Assembly: GCA_002633005.1 (NCBI GenBank)
Contig: NMRA01000016.1
Span: 1,587,860 to 1,651,859 of the forward strand
Length of the DNA stretch: 64,000 bases
Direction of reading: 5' to 3'
Origin: Phoronis australis
Lineage: Eukaryota > Animalia > Phoronida
In this document: positions 37,760 through 51,200 of the stretch, one piece after another
Layout: each line of letters starts with the position of its first letter
How positions within the stretch are numbered: position 1 is the first letter of the stretch
Made by a program: the position numbers and the translations under genes
The notes under the pieces: generated by a model
What the model saw: only the letters and a program-made list of their open reading frames with translations
Told to the model about the DNA's origin: nothing
The model's database searches: none

Positions 37760-38007
37760 GGGCCCGTTCCAACAAAACTGACTCAGCTAAGACAAATCTT
37801 AAATTTTAGTAAATTTTAAAATAAAAATTAGATTTGTCTCTAAACCAATGCAAGAAAGAGATCTTAAGTTTGACATAAGTGTATGACCTAAATTTTGTCT
37901 TAATTTTGAATAACTTTCCAATTGTGGAAGTTTCAAAGTTTGGAACTTAAGACAAATCTTAGACTTAAGTCAAAAATGAACTTAAGTCACTTCCTTGGAA
38001 CAGGCCC
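37760..38007. mobile_element. PIF/Harbinger-like MITE with CAG 3-bp TSD
   Basis: cag|gggcccgttccaa ... ttggaacaggccc|cag; internal taagacaaatctta repeats. Confidence 0.75.
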
Positions 38008-38385
38008 CAGCTCTCCACAAAAGGCCACTAGTAGTTACTTTGACAAGGTGATCCTGATGAGGTAGCTCTCTTGGAAAGCGGTGTTTTCACTGAAGAGGTC
38101 ACTCTCGTGTTCAACAAATAAATCAACAAAGTTCACTTAAAAGTGAAGATAACAATAATTGGTGTTGGCACGTACTCCGACTCATTTTGACACCTTTGTT
38201 CACTGGTGTCATTGTATAGGGATATTAGTGGCAAGAACTATCTTTTCCTGAGATCAGACCCAGGGTGTAATCAAACCTGGAGCCCTCGTGGTGGCAGCCA
38301 ATAACTGCTGAGCTAAATCCAATTGAATAAAATTCAGAATATTTTTAAGATATTGAACTGGTAAAGTCACTGACCTTGATTTCAG

Positions 38386-38424
38386 CGAGCGTCTGGTAGA
38401 CGACGGAAATTGGCGATTTGTTAA
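38386..38424 (+). CDS. ARAP: Probable ARAP terminal coding exon (RASGRRRKLAIC*)
   Basis: ttgatttcag| acceptor, phase 0, TAA at 38422-38424, followed by repeat-poor AT-rich UTR-like sequence; an alternative acceptor ending at 37608 would give K*. Confidence 0.5.
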   Translation, partial: RASGRRRKLAIC

Positions 38425-41400
38425 ATCATGAAGCTAATAATTATCCCATTCGACAATAATCCCTAGGATGTCCTTTTAATTGTTTACAATCACTTGACTC
38501 AAACAGTTGGCTATGACGAACAGTAGTTTGCAAATAATACTTGAAAGTGCATATAAATTCTGTTTTCTTATGAAAAGCTCCCTTGACAACAGGCCACTTG
38601 ATAAATTGAAAGCCATTAACGAACGTATTATTCATCCGTTATGAAGTTTTGAGCACTTATTGCTCTTTGTGTCAAATAAGGGCGGTAATCGTCTTTCAGC
38701 CTACCGTCATTTGAACCCTTTTGCGTCACAATCAGGTCTGCGGTGGTAATAAACTTACAATGAGAATTAATGGTCATATGTTATTTCTCGTTCTTGGGTT
38801 ATTGAAATGATCGTTATGATATGCAGTGCTGTTGTGTAAATAAGATTTAAAGATGATGGCATTGTAGATATTTGTCAGAACAATGTTAAGAGACGTTCTG
38901 ATGGACTTGAGGAACACTAAATAATTTTTTTATTTATTTACAAAAACAGTTTGCCAAAGTTGTGGTTTTTCATTTTTTAGGGCTGAGACCCATTTGGCAA
39001 GTAATGGAAATTTTCCCAGTTAAATTTTTATGACATGTACACAATAGTAGCAGCTTGATAAAAGACTAACATTTTTGTACTATTTATATTTTGGTTGGGA
39101 ATTGTTGCCCGACAAATATTTTCCTTGTCCGACTTTTCGTGTGGTGTACAAGGGAACAATTACTGTAGACAGATTAGTGAGTTGGCTTTTTAAAATACGA
39201 ATGTGTAGACAACATTTGATGTGCTTGTGCCTTGTTGCGACATGTTTCTATAGCTGACAAAAACTAGATGGTGCTCAACTGAATGCAGTCTCATATTATC
39301 GTGTTTAATAAATTTGTTGAACCTTTTTAACTTGCAGAAGGGCATGTTTAAGAAGTTTAACAAGTTGTCATTCAAAAGATAGAAGCAGCCATGACTGATG
39401 AGTTATGACTTTTCCCCACTAGAGGTCGCAAGAGGTGGTTGCTGTTGGGTCAAGTGTACTTACAATAGTGGACAGTAGATAGTGGTCAACAAGTGCTCCA
39501 TAGGAGGCACTTTGTATTGGAGTAATAGCAATCCTGGTCACCTGCTGGACGGCCACAGTTTTGTCATGCTAATGTTATTAAGCTTTGTTTTTCATGTTTT
39601 TTGCTTATTGGCATCCGTACTCTATTAGTATGTTAGAATTGTGTCTAACTATGAAACTGAGACCAAACATACTGTTGTCGATTAAATTTGTTTTTTCTTG
39701 AGATGTATTTATTTTTAATGTTGGCGGAGTTGTATAATCAGGATAAAATAATGATTAGGTATCATTTTGGTGAAATAAAATGATGTACCTTAAGTGTTAT
39801 AATATAATATGTCAAAATATAGAATAACAGTTCTAGGGTGCATTTCGTAGACGTGAAGCACTCGCGTGAAAAGCTGGTGTGATCAGCCGCTTCCCCTCTT
39901 GGGCACTTGTGTGATCTTGCATTCTGGCTGTAGTTTTTTGCATCTGTAGAATGTAGCTCTGGAAAACATGGTTAATTGTCACTGAGGAGGTCACTGTCAG
40001 TTTCAATATTACAATTACTTTTTGTGAAGGAGGCGAGACCTTTGAGGGCAAAGTGTTCGCATATCTCATCTTATGCCAGTCAGACAATTTGAAATTAGCA
40101 ACTCCTTCCACTTAGATATCTAGTGACATTTGCATGTTCCATTTATTTTTGTTGACTTGTTTTGTATATTTCAGAAACCATTTGTTATAAATTATGCCAT
40201 ATGTTAGAGGCTTGAGATACATTAACTTTTTATTTTGAGACGATTTATTTATCTTGTAAGATCCATTGGTTGTATATTTACTTGTGGTATTATGGCTTAT
40301 ACTCAAATCTTCTTTAAAGGGTCCAATGAGAGATGAAATCCCTATGAGATGACTTGTTTATGTCTTCCTGGCCTTGGTGTTCGACATAGTCCCTATGGTG
40401 CTCAAATGACCCCACCCTTCTTAGTCGTGGTGACCCTGATAGTTACGTTACGCATGTATAATAGACTCTTTTTAATACTAACCCTCATTTGTGATTAAAC
40501 TGGAATCATTTAAGTCCCAAATGGATTGGTGTTAATGTTATCATTATGCAGCTAAGACACATTGTTATTGAAAATTGTGTTGTTTGTTTCACGTGCTGAA
40601 CAGCTTTTCTATGTGATATTTTTATACAAGATTTTTGAGATACTGTACTGGAAGGTCATTAATGTAAGCACAAGCTGTTAAGCTGTTGTGATGTAGTAAA
40701 GTAAGTAAAAAGATACCTTTGGTAATTTTTTAAGCATATACCAGCCTATGTTGAACGTTGATATTATGTGAAATTCAAATACTGTAAGGTGTTGTGTATC
40801 TTGCGGTAGACATACGCTGTATGAAGTCTCACTGTGACCTGGCATAATTATGATCTGCTTGTCTAAGGGAACTCTTGCACTGCAATCATTTTATCTGATA
40901 TGATTATGTGCCTGGTTGTTTTATTTTCAGTGGTATCTTTGCAATCATGGTATTAAAAGCAATAGGTCAAGTTTATTCCCTGTTATGAGCCGAGAGTTGT
41001 GGACTTATTGGTCAGAACACTGTTAGACTATCTGCATAATGGTGCTTGTTTTAACAGTTAACCTATTATTAAAGTTCTATGAAAGATTATGAGGAATCTA
41101 TGTAAGCTCCAACTTAACCATGTCTAGTTATGTCGCTAAATTACAATCATGCCATTATTACAAGTGCTATTATTACAAGGTATAGTGTCATCTAAATGAC
41201 AGACATTGCTATTCGTCAAGGTGACTGGATGCAGAACTTATAAATCACAACTTCTGGAACTTGCGGTTATACCAGCGTTGATGTTTTTGTCTGGGAACAC
41301 CGGCAGAGGGCGATGAAACTCGTGGGAACCAGTCAGTCATCAATCCCCCTGCCAGGTGTCTTCACAGCATTTAGAGAACTTTATGCTGTTTATAATTTGA

Positions 41401-42400
41401 TTATTGCTGTTAACTTCATTAAATAAGTTCCTAAAGGTTGGGAATATTGCTGTTACTTTATGTGTGAATTTGCATCAGTGACTTAAGCGATTACAATCTG
41501 GACAAATACTCTGTAGTGAAGGTTTGTGTGCTCTCCTAGCACACAATCATTAGCAAGTTAGGCACTCGAACAGGGAATTGCGTCAATGATTTATTTAGTG
41601 ATTCAAATTATGGTGACGGTAATGAAGTTATTTCGCGTCATTGATCTTTAGGTGATAAATAATTAGCAGTCTTATGTGATGGTTATTCAATCAGTGGTGT
41701 GCTTTTGGGGTTTATTATGTGGTTGGAAAATACAGCAATTAAATGTCCCTTTAAATTAGTTTCAGTCCTTCTGGGACTAATTAGGCTTAATTTGTTGAAA
41801 CTTAACCGTGTGCATTCGAAACTATTTGTTAGCAGAGAAACATGGTTGTTGGATTGAATGCCATTGGCGTTTCCCACTGACACCTGGTGGTAGACGTGTG
41901 ATTTTGCGATGTGCAGGCAATGATTCTTTGCGAGTTTTCTTGACTTCAAGGTAATTAAGTCGGTGTTGATGTGGAAAATGTATCCATATGAAAATGATTT
42001 GTGACTCAACAGACTGGAGTCACAGCAAATTGTACGGAAATGTCCAAGTGTTGACGATTCAAATGGGCTCATGGTTATACAGGTACTGTGTGTCGGTTGT
42101 AAATATTTAATTAAATGATTTTATATCATGTTTCCTATACGGAATCAGTAGACTGTGGAAAGTGACAATAATAAACGGCGCTTTGAATTAATTGTGCTCT
42201 GCATTATGAAATGGTGGCATTGGTCATTAACTTAAATTGCGTTGATGAGATACCGCGTAATTACTCAGAGGAATTGCTTATCCGAGTAGTTTCGACTGAT
42301 GTTGTGGCATGTCACAAACTTCACGTAGATTTTATTTGATTAATAAAAAAATCTTGGATTAGAGGCCGCAATAAATCTGACACTAAGTGGTTCCTTACTC
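38425..42400 (+). other. Probable long 3'UTR of the ARAP gene; AATAAA cluster at 42170, 42342, 42370
   Basis: T-rich, few recognisable repeats, CpG-poor; three AATAAA hexamers just before the composition changes; earlier AATAAA copies also exist. Confidence 0.45.
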
Positions 42401-43260
42401 GGATTAAAGGCGATTCTGGGCTCGGCGAGAACTGTTGTTATTGCTTGAGATTCCGCTCGATAATTCGCTGCTTGAGAATGTGCCAGGCATAGACATCACG
42501 TGATGTCTGTGGTGCCAGGGCTTGGAATTGTCCTCTTTTAAGAGGATTTCCTCTTTTTTGGCTTCGATTTCCAGTTTCCTTTTTCGTCTCTTTTTAGTCG
42601 TTACTATGACTTTATTTATGCAAAACGTCAGTAAAATTTGACAACACAAAAATATTTCTATCACACAAGCCCATTTATTTGTGGAATGATGCATCACGTG
42701 AGAATTTCTCCGCTTTTGTCGTCATTGGTCATTCCAAACCCCGATGTGTGTCGTTTTATGCGAAAGAGCGTGGTCTCGAGCACTGCACGGTCATTCCCTC
42801 CATTGCCAGCAAACGAGTCCTCATCTAATTGTTCCCTTGTATAGCCGTTCACATAACCAGTAGCAACAGCTTATTGTTTCAAATGACTTAATTTCATTAA
42901 AATAACGCAGGCAAGAAATTCATTTTCCTATAAGCTACATTAATATAGAATGTCCCGTTCTTCGTTCGCTTTTGGCGGGGTAATATAGGGGCTACGCTCC
43001 TTGTTTTACCTTCGGGCGGACCATCCTCTTTAATGGATGTATATTGGGTCCCCGTTCCCTAGTTTATAAGTTTCCACGCTCTTTGGTCAACCTTTAAGGG
43101 ACCTCATGTATTAATATAAGAGTCCTGCACTTTAGGAGCTATCCGGTGAGGCCCCTATCTTAATACGAGGGTCACTCTTGGGGGGCATATCTTCACGGGC
43201 CCTGCCCAAAGGCAACCTAGCAGCGGGGGCCCTCTCTATTTTATGGGTAGCTGTCAAGTA

Positions 43261-43432
43261 ATTGCACTACTCTGTTGCACTACTCTATTTCACTTCTCTT
43301 TTGCACTACTCTATTGCACTACTCTATTGCACTACTCCAGTGTTGCACTACTCCAGTGTTGCACTACTTTATTGCACTACTCTGATGCACTACTCCGGTG
43401 ATGCACTTCTTTATTGCACTACTCTGTTGCAC
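43261..43432 (+). repeat. Degenerate ~15-bp tandem array (ttgcactactct..)
   Basis: About 11 gcact(a/t)c units; explains ORF 43262-43594. Confidence 0.9.
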
Positions 43433-45121
43433 TGCTCTTGTCATCTGCTGCATGCCGTCTTGAAATGCGCATATAATGAAAACAGAAAAAATATGACTAG
43501 CTGGTGTCAGCCAATGCTCCACTGGGGCCAGCTGGGGATGACGCGCAATTATCAATTAATTACAAGGCCTCAGAGCACAACATTACATGTATAGTGTCAA
43601 CTACATATTAGCTGCATAGATAATACGACTTTGCGTGTCTCTTGTTCACGTCCCTTGAGCGCAACTTCATCTCAAGATTCCAAGTCACATGGCCACAGTG
43701 CTGCACTGAACTTTTTACTTTTTGATTACGATCTCCTATTGTTTGATTGACCAAAAATGCCTGAAAAGGGAAACAATCAGTTCCAATACTAGAAACGCCG
43801 TAAGGAGCTATTCTGGGTAGGATTGATTTCTTGAATTTACTTGCTTTGACCAGCAAAATCTGTTGTTTTATATTTTATTTTATTTTACTTCAAATATCCA
43901 ATCCATAACGAAGGTTAGTTGAAATTGAACCGACGCTCTCACCATCTGTTTCCTTGCTAGACGCCGTGAAAATGGCAATATGTATACTCGTCATAGTTGA
44001 CGTAAAAAGCCAAGACTAGTCTCCGGGTTGTGTATGAGAAAGAGAGGCGAGTACACTAGAGGAGTAACCTCTCTGCCCTGCGTTCTAGCTTCTAATGCAC
44101 AGTTAAGGTCGTCTGTAGTGACCATAAAAATCTAAAACAGGCGTTTGTTCCTACCATTACGATGGAATGTTCAGTGAGAATATACTCGGACAGGTGATAC
44201 CGCTATCCAGCGGACGTCAACACAGAATTAAAGAGAATTATCGTGATGAGGTGACCAATCTGTGCCTGTTGCCGGCAGCGCTTCCCTTGACCGTTGTTAT
44301 GGTGCTATTCGACGTCATTTCTAGGACCAATCGTGATCGAAAGCATCTATTTTCTGCTATGATTCTAGTTTATAACCTCCCTAGAATAGGCTTTTGGGAA
44401 CAAAACCGAGCGCTGAACTGCCGTGCGAGATGAGTTGAAATGGCGAACTCTGGCAGACAGCCGGGTGGCCGGGCCTGCATTCCTCTCCAGTCTTCCAGAA
44501 ATAGCTCGACTAGGCCTACTTCGCGTCAACCTAAGATAATTTGTTTTTGAAAAACGTATGCTGTTTCCAATCCTTGACTAATTTACGGATTGAAATCCCT
44601 CGCGGAGTCTTCAATAATATCGGCTAGTCGACGGCATAATTATACAACAATCACTTTCCGCCGAAATGGGCAAATCTCGCTAAGAAAACCCTATGAATTG
44701 ATAATTGTAATTGTTAACCTATGCGATCCTGGAGGCATTATTACCAGCGTATTGTCATAGATTAACAACTCCGAGGGTTTTTAATCTCTGGCACTGTTTT
44801 GTTGGACATCATGCTTGTACTCTAAAATTACGTGGCGGGCAAAATAAGCTTGCTTCCGTTGGGTTAAGGCGATACTTGAGTCGCGTGGTTCAACAACCGG
44901 GGTCTCGAGGGCCATTGGCCTTATAGATTTTGCGAAAACAAATTAAAACAAAAGAAAATCATGCTCGTAAAAGAATTTAAAAGAAGAAGAAAATGCTCCG
45001 AAATATTGTTGTAGACGTTCCTGACTCAGATGAATTCTTTCAGTTCTGTTCAATTTTATGCATTCAAGTTTATTCATCTTTCGCTATCGCCGAACAGTTC
45101 TGCAAAGGGCACAGTTGTTTT

Positions 45122-45277
45122 CAGGGGCGGATCCAGGATTTATAAAAGGAGGGGGCGGATCAAGGATTTTTAAAAAGGGGGTCCAGGTCAACAACTTGAA
45201 AGTTCTAGATTTGATATCACTAAAATCAAGGTAAAATGAAGGTAAGGATCCCCTTGACCCCCCTGGATCCGCCCATG
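45122..45277. mobile_element. hAT-like MITE with 6-bp TSD (tgtttt)
   Basis: caggggcggatccagg / cctggatccgcccatg; tgtttt at 45116-45121 and 45278-45283. Confidence 0.8.
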
Positions 45278-47661
45278 TGTTTTGCAACAAAAAGCTTGAG
45301 GAAAATATTAACCCAACAACGTAATAGCATTGTCTTGTTTGGAAAATAAGCCCAGGCTATTAATAATTATTATTTGAAAGAAGAAAAAGTCAGGGTGTTT
45401 CATATTCACCAGTGTCTTAGTTGTGAATGACGTCAGTGATGATCGAGGAACAGATAAACTCAAGCACCTCTGCGTAATTGGTGGTAACACAAGATGCTTA
45501 TATGTATTTGCTTATGCGGTATAATAACAGGTAGACATCCGCAGTGGCCCCACTGTTCTACGAACACCATAATCTTTATCATATATAACGCAGTTCATTT
45601 CGTGCGAGCCTCAATCATTTTTCATAAACCGCAATTCTATTCTTCTGAACTCACTGTTGTTCTCATAAATCGCATGTCTAAGTGGAATGCGAGTTGCGCG
45701 TGCTTCACGTCATGTGGATGCAACTAACAATGCATCATAAGTTAAGTAATCTACCAGCTGGAACTTGCGTGGTTTATGAGGATTTTTTATAGTCTATGGT
45801 CGCATGAGAATAGAACTTCAGATTTTGAGAAAGAAGTGCATTTGTCAGAAAATAACGCTGTTCACGAGAACTCCCCTGTGGTCAGTGAGAGAGGAAGCTT
45901 AGTTTTATACTGTGTATATTCTAAGTGTATTGTATGTGAAAGGCGGCACTCGAGGTTAACGAACTGTATTGAAAACTGCAACTAGCATCGTACTGTGTTG
46001 TATAAAAAGTTTAGTGGAAATTTCAAATCAATTTTGTTTTATCTATTGCAGCTGAAGTTAAAATTATGGTAATGGGGATTTGCGAATTGATGATTTCAAT
46101 GTATAATGACCAATTAATATTGATTTTGCGTTTTCCGGTTGCCAGCCGGTACATAAACAATTCCAGCCGTTTCCCCATGAATTTCGGAAATTGCCTTATC
46201 TTTGAATTATTTTATCTGGTTTCATATGCCTCCGATTTGCAAGAGATGCTTTTTCTCTTCTCCACCAGAAGTTCATGAATTGTTTGCTTTAATATTGGAT
46301 CATATCCAACCCGGTAGTTGTTGTGATGGGGCGTTGTCATTTCTAAAGATTTATCCCCGCCAGTCAACGTGAACATGCGGGTTGTTGTCACAGTAACCCA
46401 TGGCAACAACTAACTTACCAGCAGCTTTCACGACGACTCGTGAGAACAGTCTGCCGTGACGAAGATTAATTAATGAAGATTAAAAATTCATTTAACGGCG
46501 CATGAAAACAATGAGTTGTTTTTGGTCTAGCGCAGAGAATGTTAAATCAACCGTACCTCTTTATTTATGAATGAGACGAGTTACAGATATATAGACATCA
46601 AACGCAGACATGTATCGAACGTAAAGTTTAACAAGTTGTTTTGGGATTAGCATTCTTATTATTCTTTTTGTCATCCTTTTATTGTAAAATGTCAAGGGCA
46701 CACTGTAACATTGATCGTGCCCAGAGGATTACAATACGGTTTCGATTTCCTGTTCTCATCCGTACCCAAGGGCGTGCAGAGCACACAAAGAAAAAATGTT
46801 TGGATATTTTTCTCGATTGGATCCTCTAACTGCTTTCTCGTTGGTAATTATACGCCGTGCTCAGTGAAACACGAAACGAGAATAAGTGGCGAATGGAAGG
46901 GAAAAAATCTATTGTCTGGGAATACTGGGACCCCGTTTTATTTCTAATTACCTGTTCACACTGAAGCAGCTAGGATCCGAAGATTAACCTCTCGACGCTA
47001 GTTGAGTTCGATATTTTCTGTTATACTTGAGTACGAAATTTAGGTGTTAATTTTTCGGTGCTCGAGTGCAACATGGTTCACGTGAGTAAAAGCCTAATCC
47101 TTGTTAAAGCTTGATGATCACAACATTTAACCACTAATTGCACGCTCATTGGTATAATTAAAACGATGGAGTTTATTATTTAATTAATTTCAGGCTGCAT
47201 TATAGTCATTATTTAAATCTGATTAAAGTGCAGACCATTCTTAATTAAGTATTCACGTGATATATGAAAGCGAGGCTAAGCTTGGGAATGTAGTGAATGC
47301 TTTCTCTTGGTGTTTAAACCATCTGTCGTTTGTACCTGGTTCTTATCTTATGATTTCGCTGAAAAGTTCACCAAAAGAACTTTATAGTTCTGGGAACAAA
47401 AGATTCAAATGTTATGCTACCAAGCAAATTTAGCCACGCGGGATCAAAAAGCGGAACACCTCGAAGAACAGCAAAACTACTAATAGAACCCGCGGATACT
47501 AAAGCTTTGGTGAAATTAATAAACTTTGTCCTCTTTGTTTTGGCCTAATTAATAAAATATACGTTTGATACTGAATCCGACGACTCGGTATTTGTGCACA
47601 CTCTTGCCTGCTAAACGACCAGGGAACTTGACCATATGACTCCCAACAACGAGTCAGCCGG

Positions 47662-47793
47662 CAGTGGCGGATTTAAGGGAGGAGGGTAAGGGTACCATGC
47701 CTCCCCCTAAAATTCTCCCAGATTCCATTTGGCAGTTCAGGAGTGCGAATGTCTGGCCAATTCTCTGCCCTCAAAATCCTGGATTCGCCCCTG
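47662..47793. mobile_element. hAT-like MITE with 5-bp TSD (gccgg)
   Basis: cagtggcggattt / ggattcgcccctg; gccgg on both sides; same family as 59815-59971. Confidence 0.8.
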
Positions 47794-49369
47794 GCCGGTA
47801 TATCTTTACTGAGGCACTATGGGTACTTCGTTCTCTGATAGCGGATCAGTCGAAATACATTCCTCTGAACGCCGCTGGTCGAGTTTGTGTTCGTCATCTT
47901 CATCCACGTCGTCGAAATCTTCTGATAATGAAGCTGTTTAATCCACATACCGTTCATGTAGTCATAAGGCAGGTGGATACACAAAAAAATAATTTTGTAT
48001 TTTTATGTCATCCTAATCTTTAATTCTTGATGCACAGTACAGTGAAGAAAAATAAAATCATTCTGAAAATCCAATGTTGTTTTGTAATTAAATTTGACCA
48101 AGCTTCAGTAAATCGTATGGCTTGACTGCTCACCAGCTCAGTGACTGACAAGTGGGGCGGAGCTTATACAAGGACACTAGCCCTATTCTAACCCTGTCAA
48201 CAAACATTGCGTAACCGGACAATCGAGAGTGCTATACCAGCTGATAAAGATGTTGTAGCAAGACCAAGAATAAAATAATTCTATTTTTGACCATGTACAA
48301 GTTGGTGGTGAAATGGTGAACTGCCGTTCAGAGCCTGAGCCTGTTTGTCCATCTGCAAAAAAATTAAGTTGAGTACGCCAAGTCCTACCGAAACCATCAC
48401 TGCACTCAGCTTGAGGAGTCAGTGCAGAAATTGTGCGTGCGCAAAAGAAGTTGGAAAGATGAGGTGTCTTGCGAGAGCCAGAGGACGCTGAGCGTCGACG
48501 TGGGTGGTGTTGCACGATTCGATGAGAGTGCATGCACGTGCTGTGAAAACACGCCGCGCGCGAGAGACATGGACAACTATATGCCGTCAGAGTAGAGTTT
48601 TTGGAAATAAACCGTGCCTCTGTGTTAGGAACACGCCGTGGAGAAACTAGGCAGCCAAACGCAGCGGATTTTTTAACTTGCCACCGGCCGTAACCCAAAG
48701 AATTAGCGAAATGACCCAGTGTTCAACATAACAAAACTGTTCTAGTGCATAGATTCAAACGTATCCCTGAATTAAAACTCGTGATATTATACGATTTTAG
48801 TGGAAAGCAATATAAGAAACCATGGTAACTTGAGAATCTCACCCAAGCGACGCTATTTGCGCAGTAAGTGCTATTTTCTTATCCCAGAGTCGATTCGGTC
48901 AAACTGTTGGCGGTACAGGCACGTGAAAATGTTGAACGATTACGATGAAAGTAGTTCTTTATCCTCGTCGCCAATGTTGTTATGTAGACAGTAACGCGGC
49001 AATTTGATATAACACATATATTGGTTGATGAAGAGACGGTAACTACATATAATATTGTAATAGTAACAAATAGGTCTATGTAATATAGTTATAAAGAGAG
49101 TCTTCTACCACACTGAGTGGAAAATTCAGATGAGTCGCATAAACAATCAACACATGGTTTTAATGTGTGGTCGGCACACCAGCACAGCAGACAATAGCTC
49201 AACGCTAAGCTCCGCCCACGTGACAACCATAGTTGTTTTGGTCGTCTGTAGGGCTTCAAAAGTTCGCAAAAATGATTAAAATTACGCTGTAAACAAACAG
49301 GTATGTCACATTTTCTAAACATGAAGTAAATATCTGCTTTATTTCTAGTACATCAACAAAAATTGGAAC

Positions 49370-49835
49370 ATGATGACAGCGCATTCTGAACGAATTTTGA
49401 CCTCAAGTGGCAATCGACGCCCGCTTAACTTCAAAGCCGTTTTTCTAGGTGCCAGGGTTTTTTGATACACGGACCTGATTTTTAGTTATTAGACGGAAGG
49501 TGACCAAATGACAGAAAGTGGCGTGCTTGCCCCAACTCACACGTAAAAATGCCACAAAATCAATGATTTTGTACATATATTTGGTATGGATAAGTAGAAT
49601 ATTGCGTACGGAAACAGTTGATTATAATCCCTGTACATTTAAAAAAAATGATCTAAAAAAATGAGGTCAAATTGGATTTTTTGAAAATTAAAAAATACGA
49701 TATTTAAAAAACGAACTACAATAAAAACTTTGTTTCGATTTTTGTCACTTTCAGGGTCATTTCTAACTAGTTAAAACCCCCTTTACACGTATTTTAGATA
49801 GGAACCTGGAGATTTGACCAGTGTATACACGCCCC
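49370..49835. mobile_element. Probable non-autonomous DNA transposon fragment (Kolobok-like right end ...cacgcccc|ttaa)
   Basis: TTAA-bounded terminus and A-tract-rich body; left end not identified. Confidence 0.35.
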
Positions 49836-50699
49836 TTAAAGCTTCCCTATCGAACTGCCTTATAAGCCCCACATGTTATCTGGTGACGTACAGTCAGCTG
49901 AATCAAGCGTTGCAAAGTGAGGAAGATAAGTCCAATTTATTTCAAGCGTGGCAGCTGCACTACAACATCGTGTTAATATAATACTTTTTAAAAATCTGAA
50001 CCAACTTAAGTAAGAGTTGTTTATGATATAATACCATTTATCAGCGTAACCTCAATTGTTTATCGTTCGCCAGACAAGCAAACGGTGAATGGTTGGCAAG
50101 TAGGACTTGTTGAATCATTGTTATCATTTCTAAGAGGTTTTGAGTGGTTTGGCATTGAATCTACACAGAATTTTACGGTTTTTTCACAGAGCAACAAACT
50201 CGTCTATTTTTAATCGACTAATTAAACTTTGGCCTAATGTCGGCGTCCTGCCTGCAAGGCTTATGATGAGCGCCACGTGATCCACTTCCGTCCAACTACA
50301 TAAACAAATCATATGGAACGTCGAGTTATGTATCTATTGAACATGTAGTTCGTGTACTCAAGCAAATATCCCATATTTTCTCATGAACTTCTAATTCTAT
50401 ACTGTACTGATGATAGCGTGTTATAATATATGCACATAGCGATCATGCTGCACGAGTCGTGGTCGAGCAATTGACACGGGGAGTGGGTGTGTTACAAGAT
50501 CCCTAGGAAATGACAGAGTCTGACCAAAAGGAGGCGGAACTGAATTGCTGCTGACCTCGACGATCGATCGGGTTCCATGTGTAAACAACAGAAGCTCATT
50601 GTTTTTACTTGTTGAACTTACCGCCGGATCCAATAAAACCTGAGCAGGTTCGATGTTCGTGTCTACAGAGATTTAGTCTCGTACGCCCTAAACATGTAC

Positions 50700-51200
50700 A
50701 CAAGTTTGACGTCACAGTAGCCACCGGTAACAAAATCAAATTCCTGCAGCTATGGCGACGACCTGTGAGCACAGTCGGTTGCGGCAAAGATTGATTAATA
50801 AGATTTCTTTTAAATTCCACTTTCTCACGCAGAGCACCACGCCTTTCGCTCTCGGTCCAATCATCACCTTGACGTCATCTTTTCTCACGTCTTTTCTTTG
50901 TCGACTCCCAGTCCCAGAGAAAGCATTCCTTGTTCTGTAAGTGGATAGTTGCAACATGCCAACCATCCTAATAATTTTAATTAATCAGGTCGCTGGTAAC
51001 ATAAGATGGTCAGTTCGCCATCTTTGTCCCACAAACATTGGTTGTGAACGAAAGCGTTAAGCTGGTTTTTCGAACCACTTGGTGCCCTTGTAATGCAAAT
51101 CTTTGCAATGCAGATGAATTGAATACAGAGAACGAAAAAGGAAAAGCTTGTGGTGGGTATAAAGGCGCGACTTCGCGATCAGTTGAATATACGGCTAGAA
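50700..51200 (+). promoter_or_regulatory. Candidate promoter or enhancer: CRE 50707, CCAAT 50857 plus CRE 50870, YY1-like cgccatcttt ~51016, TATAAA 51158, Inr-like TCAGTT 51179
   Basis: Motif co-occurrence only; no downstream coding exon identified. Confidence 0.35.

Larger units (their letters stand above)
703..38424 (+). other. ARAP: ARAP-family gene (ArfGAP-ANK-PH-PH-RhoGAP-RA-PH), 5'-truncated by window edge; 24 core exons plus 2 probable terminal exons
   Basis: Manual splicing of GT-AG exons gives one continuous frame with matching phases at every junction. Domain order and motifs (FIVDKY...H...LNEALC; GWMHKTG...FLRRWC; IPVLVDKCI..I..HG...EGIYR; NKM...NLASIFGPAL; ERPL; W..AI..AQ) match ARAP1/2/3 architecture. 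Confidence 0.95.

Noticed and set aside
42972-43000. TATATTAC on the minus strand, resembling a CRESS-virus origin nonamer
   Set aside because: Does not fit NANTATTAC and is not enclosed in a stem-loop; no Rep ORF.
48183-48698. Longest ORF in the track (171 aa, minus strand)
   Set aside because: No recognisable domain, non-ATG start; probably a chance ORF in GC-richer regulatory DNA.
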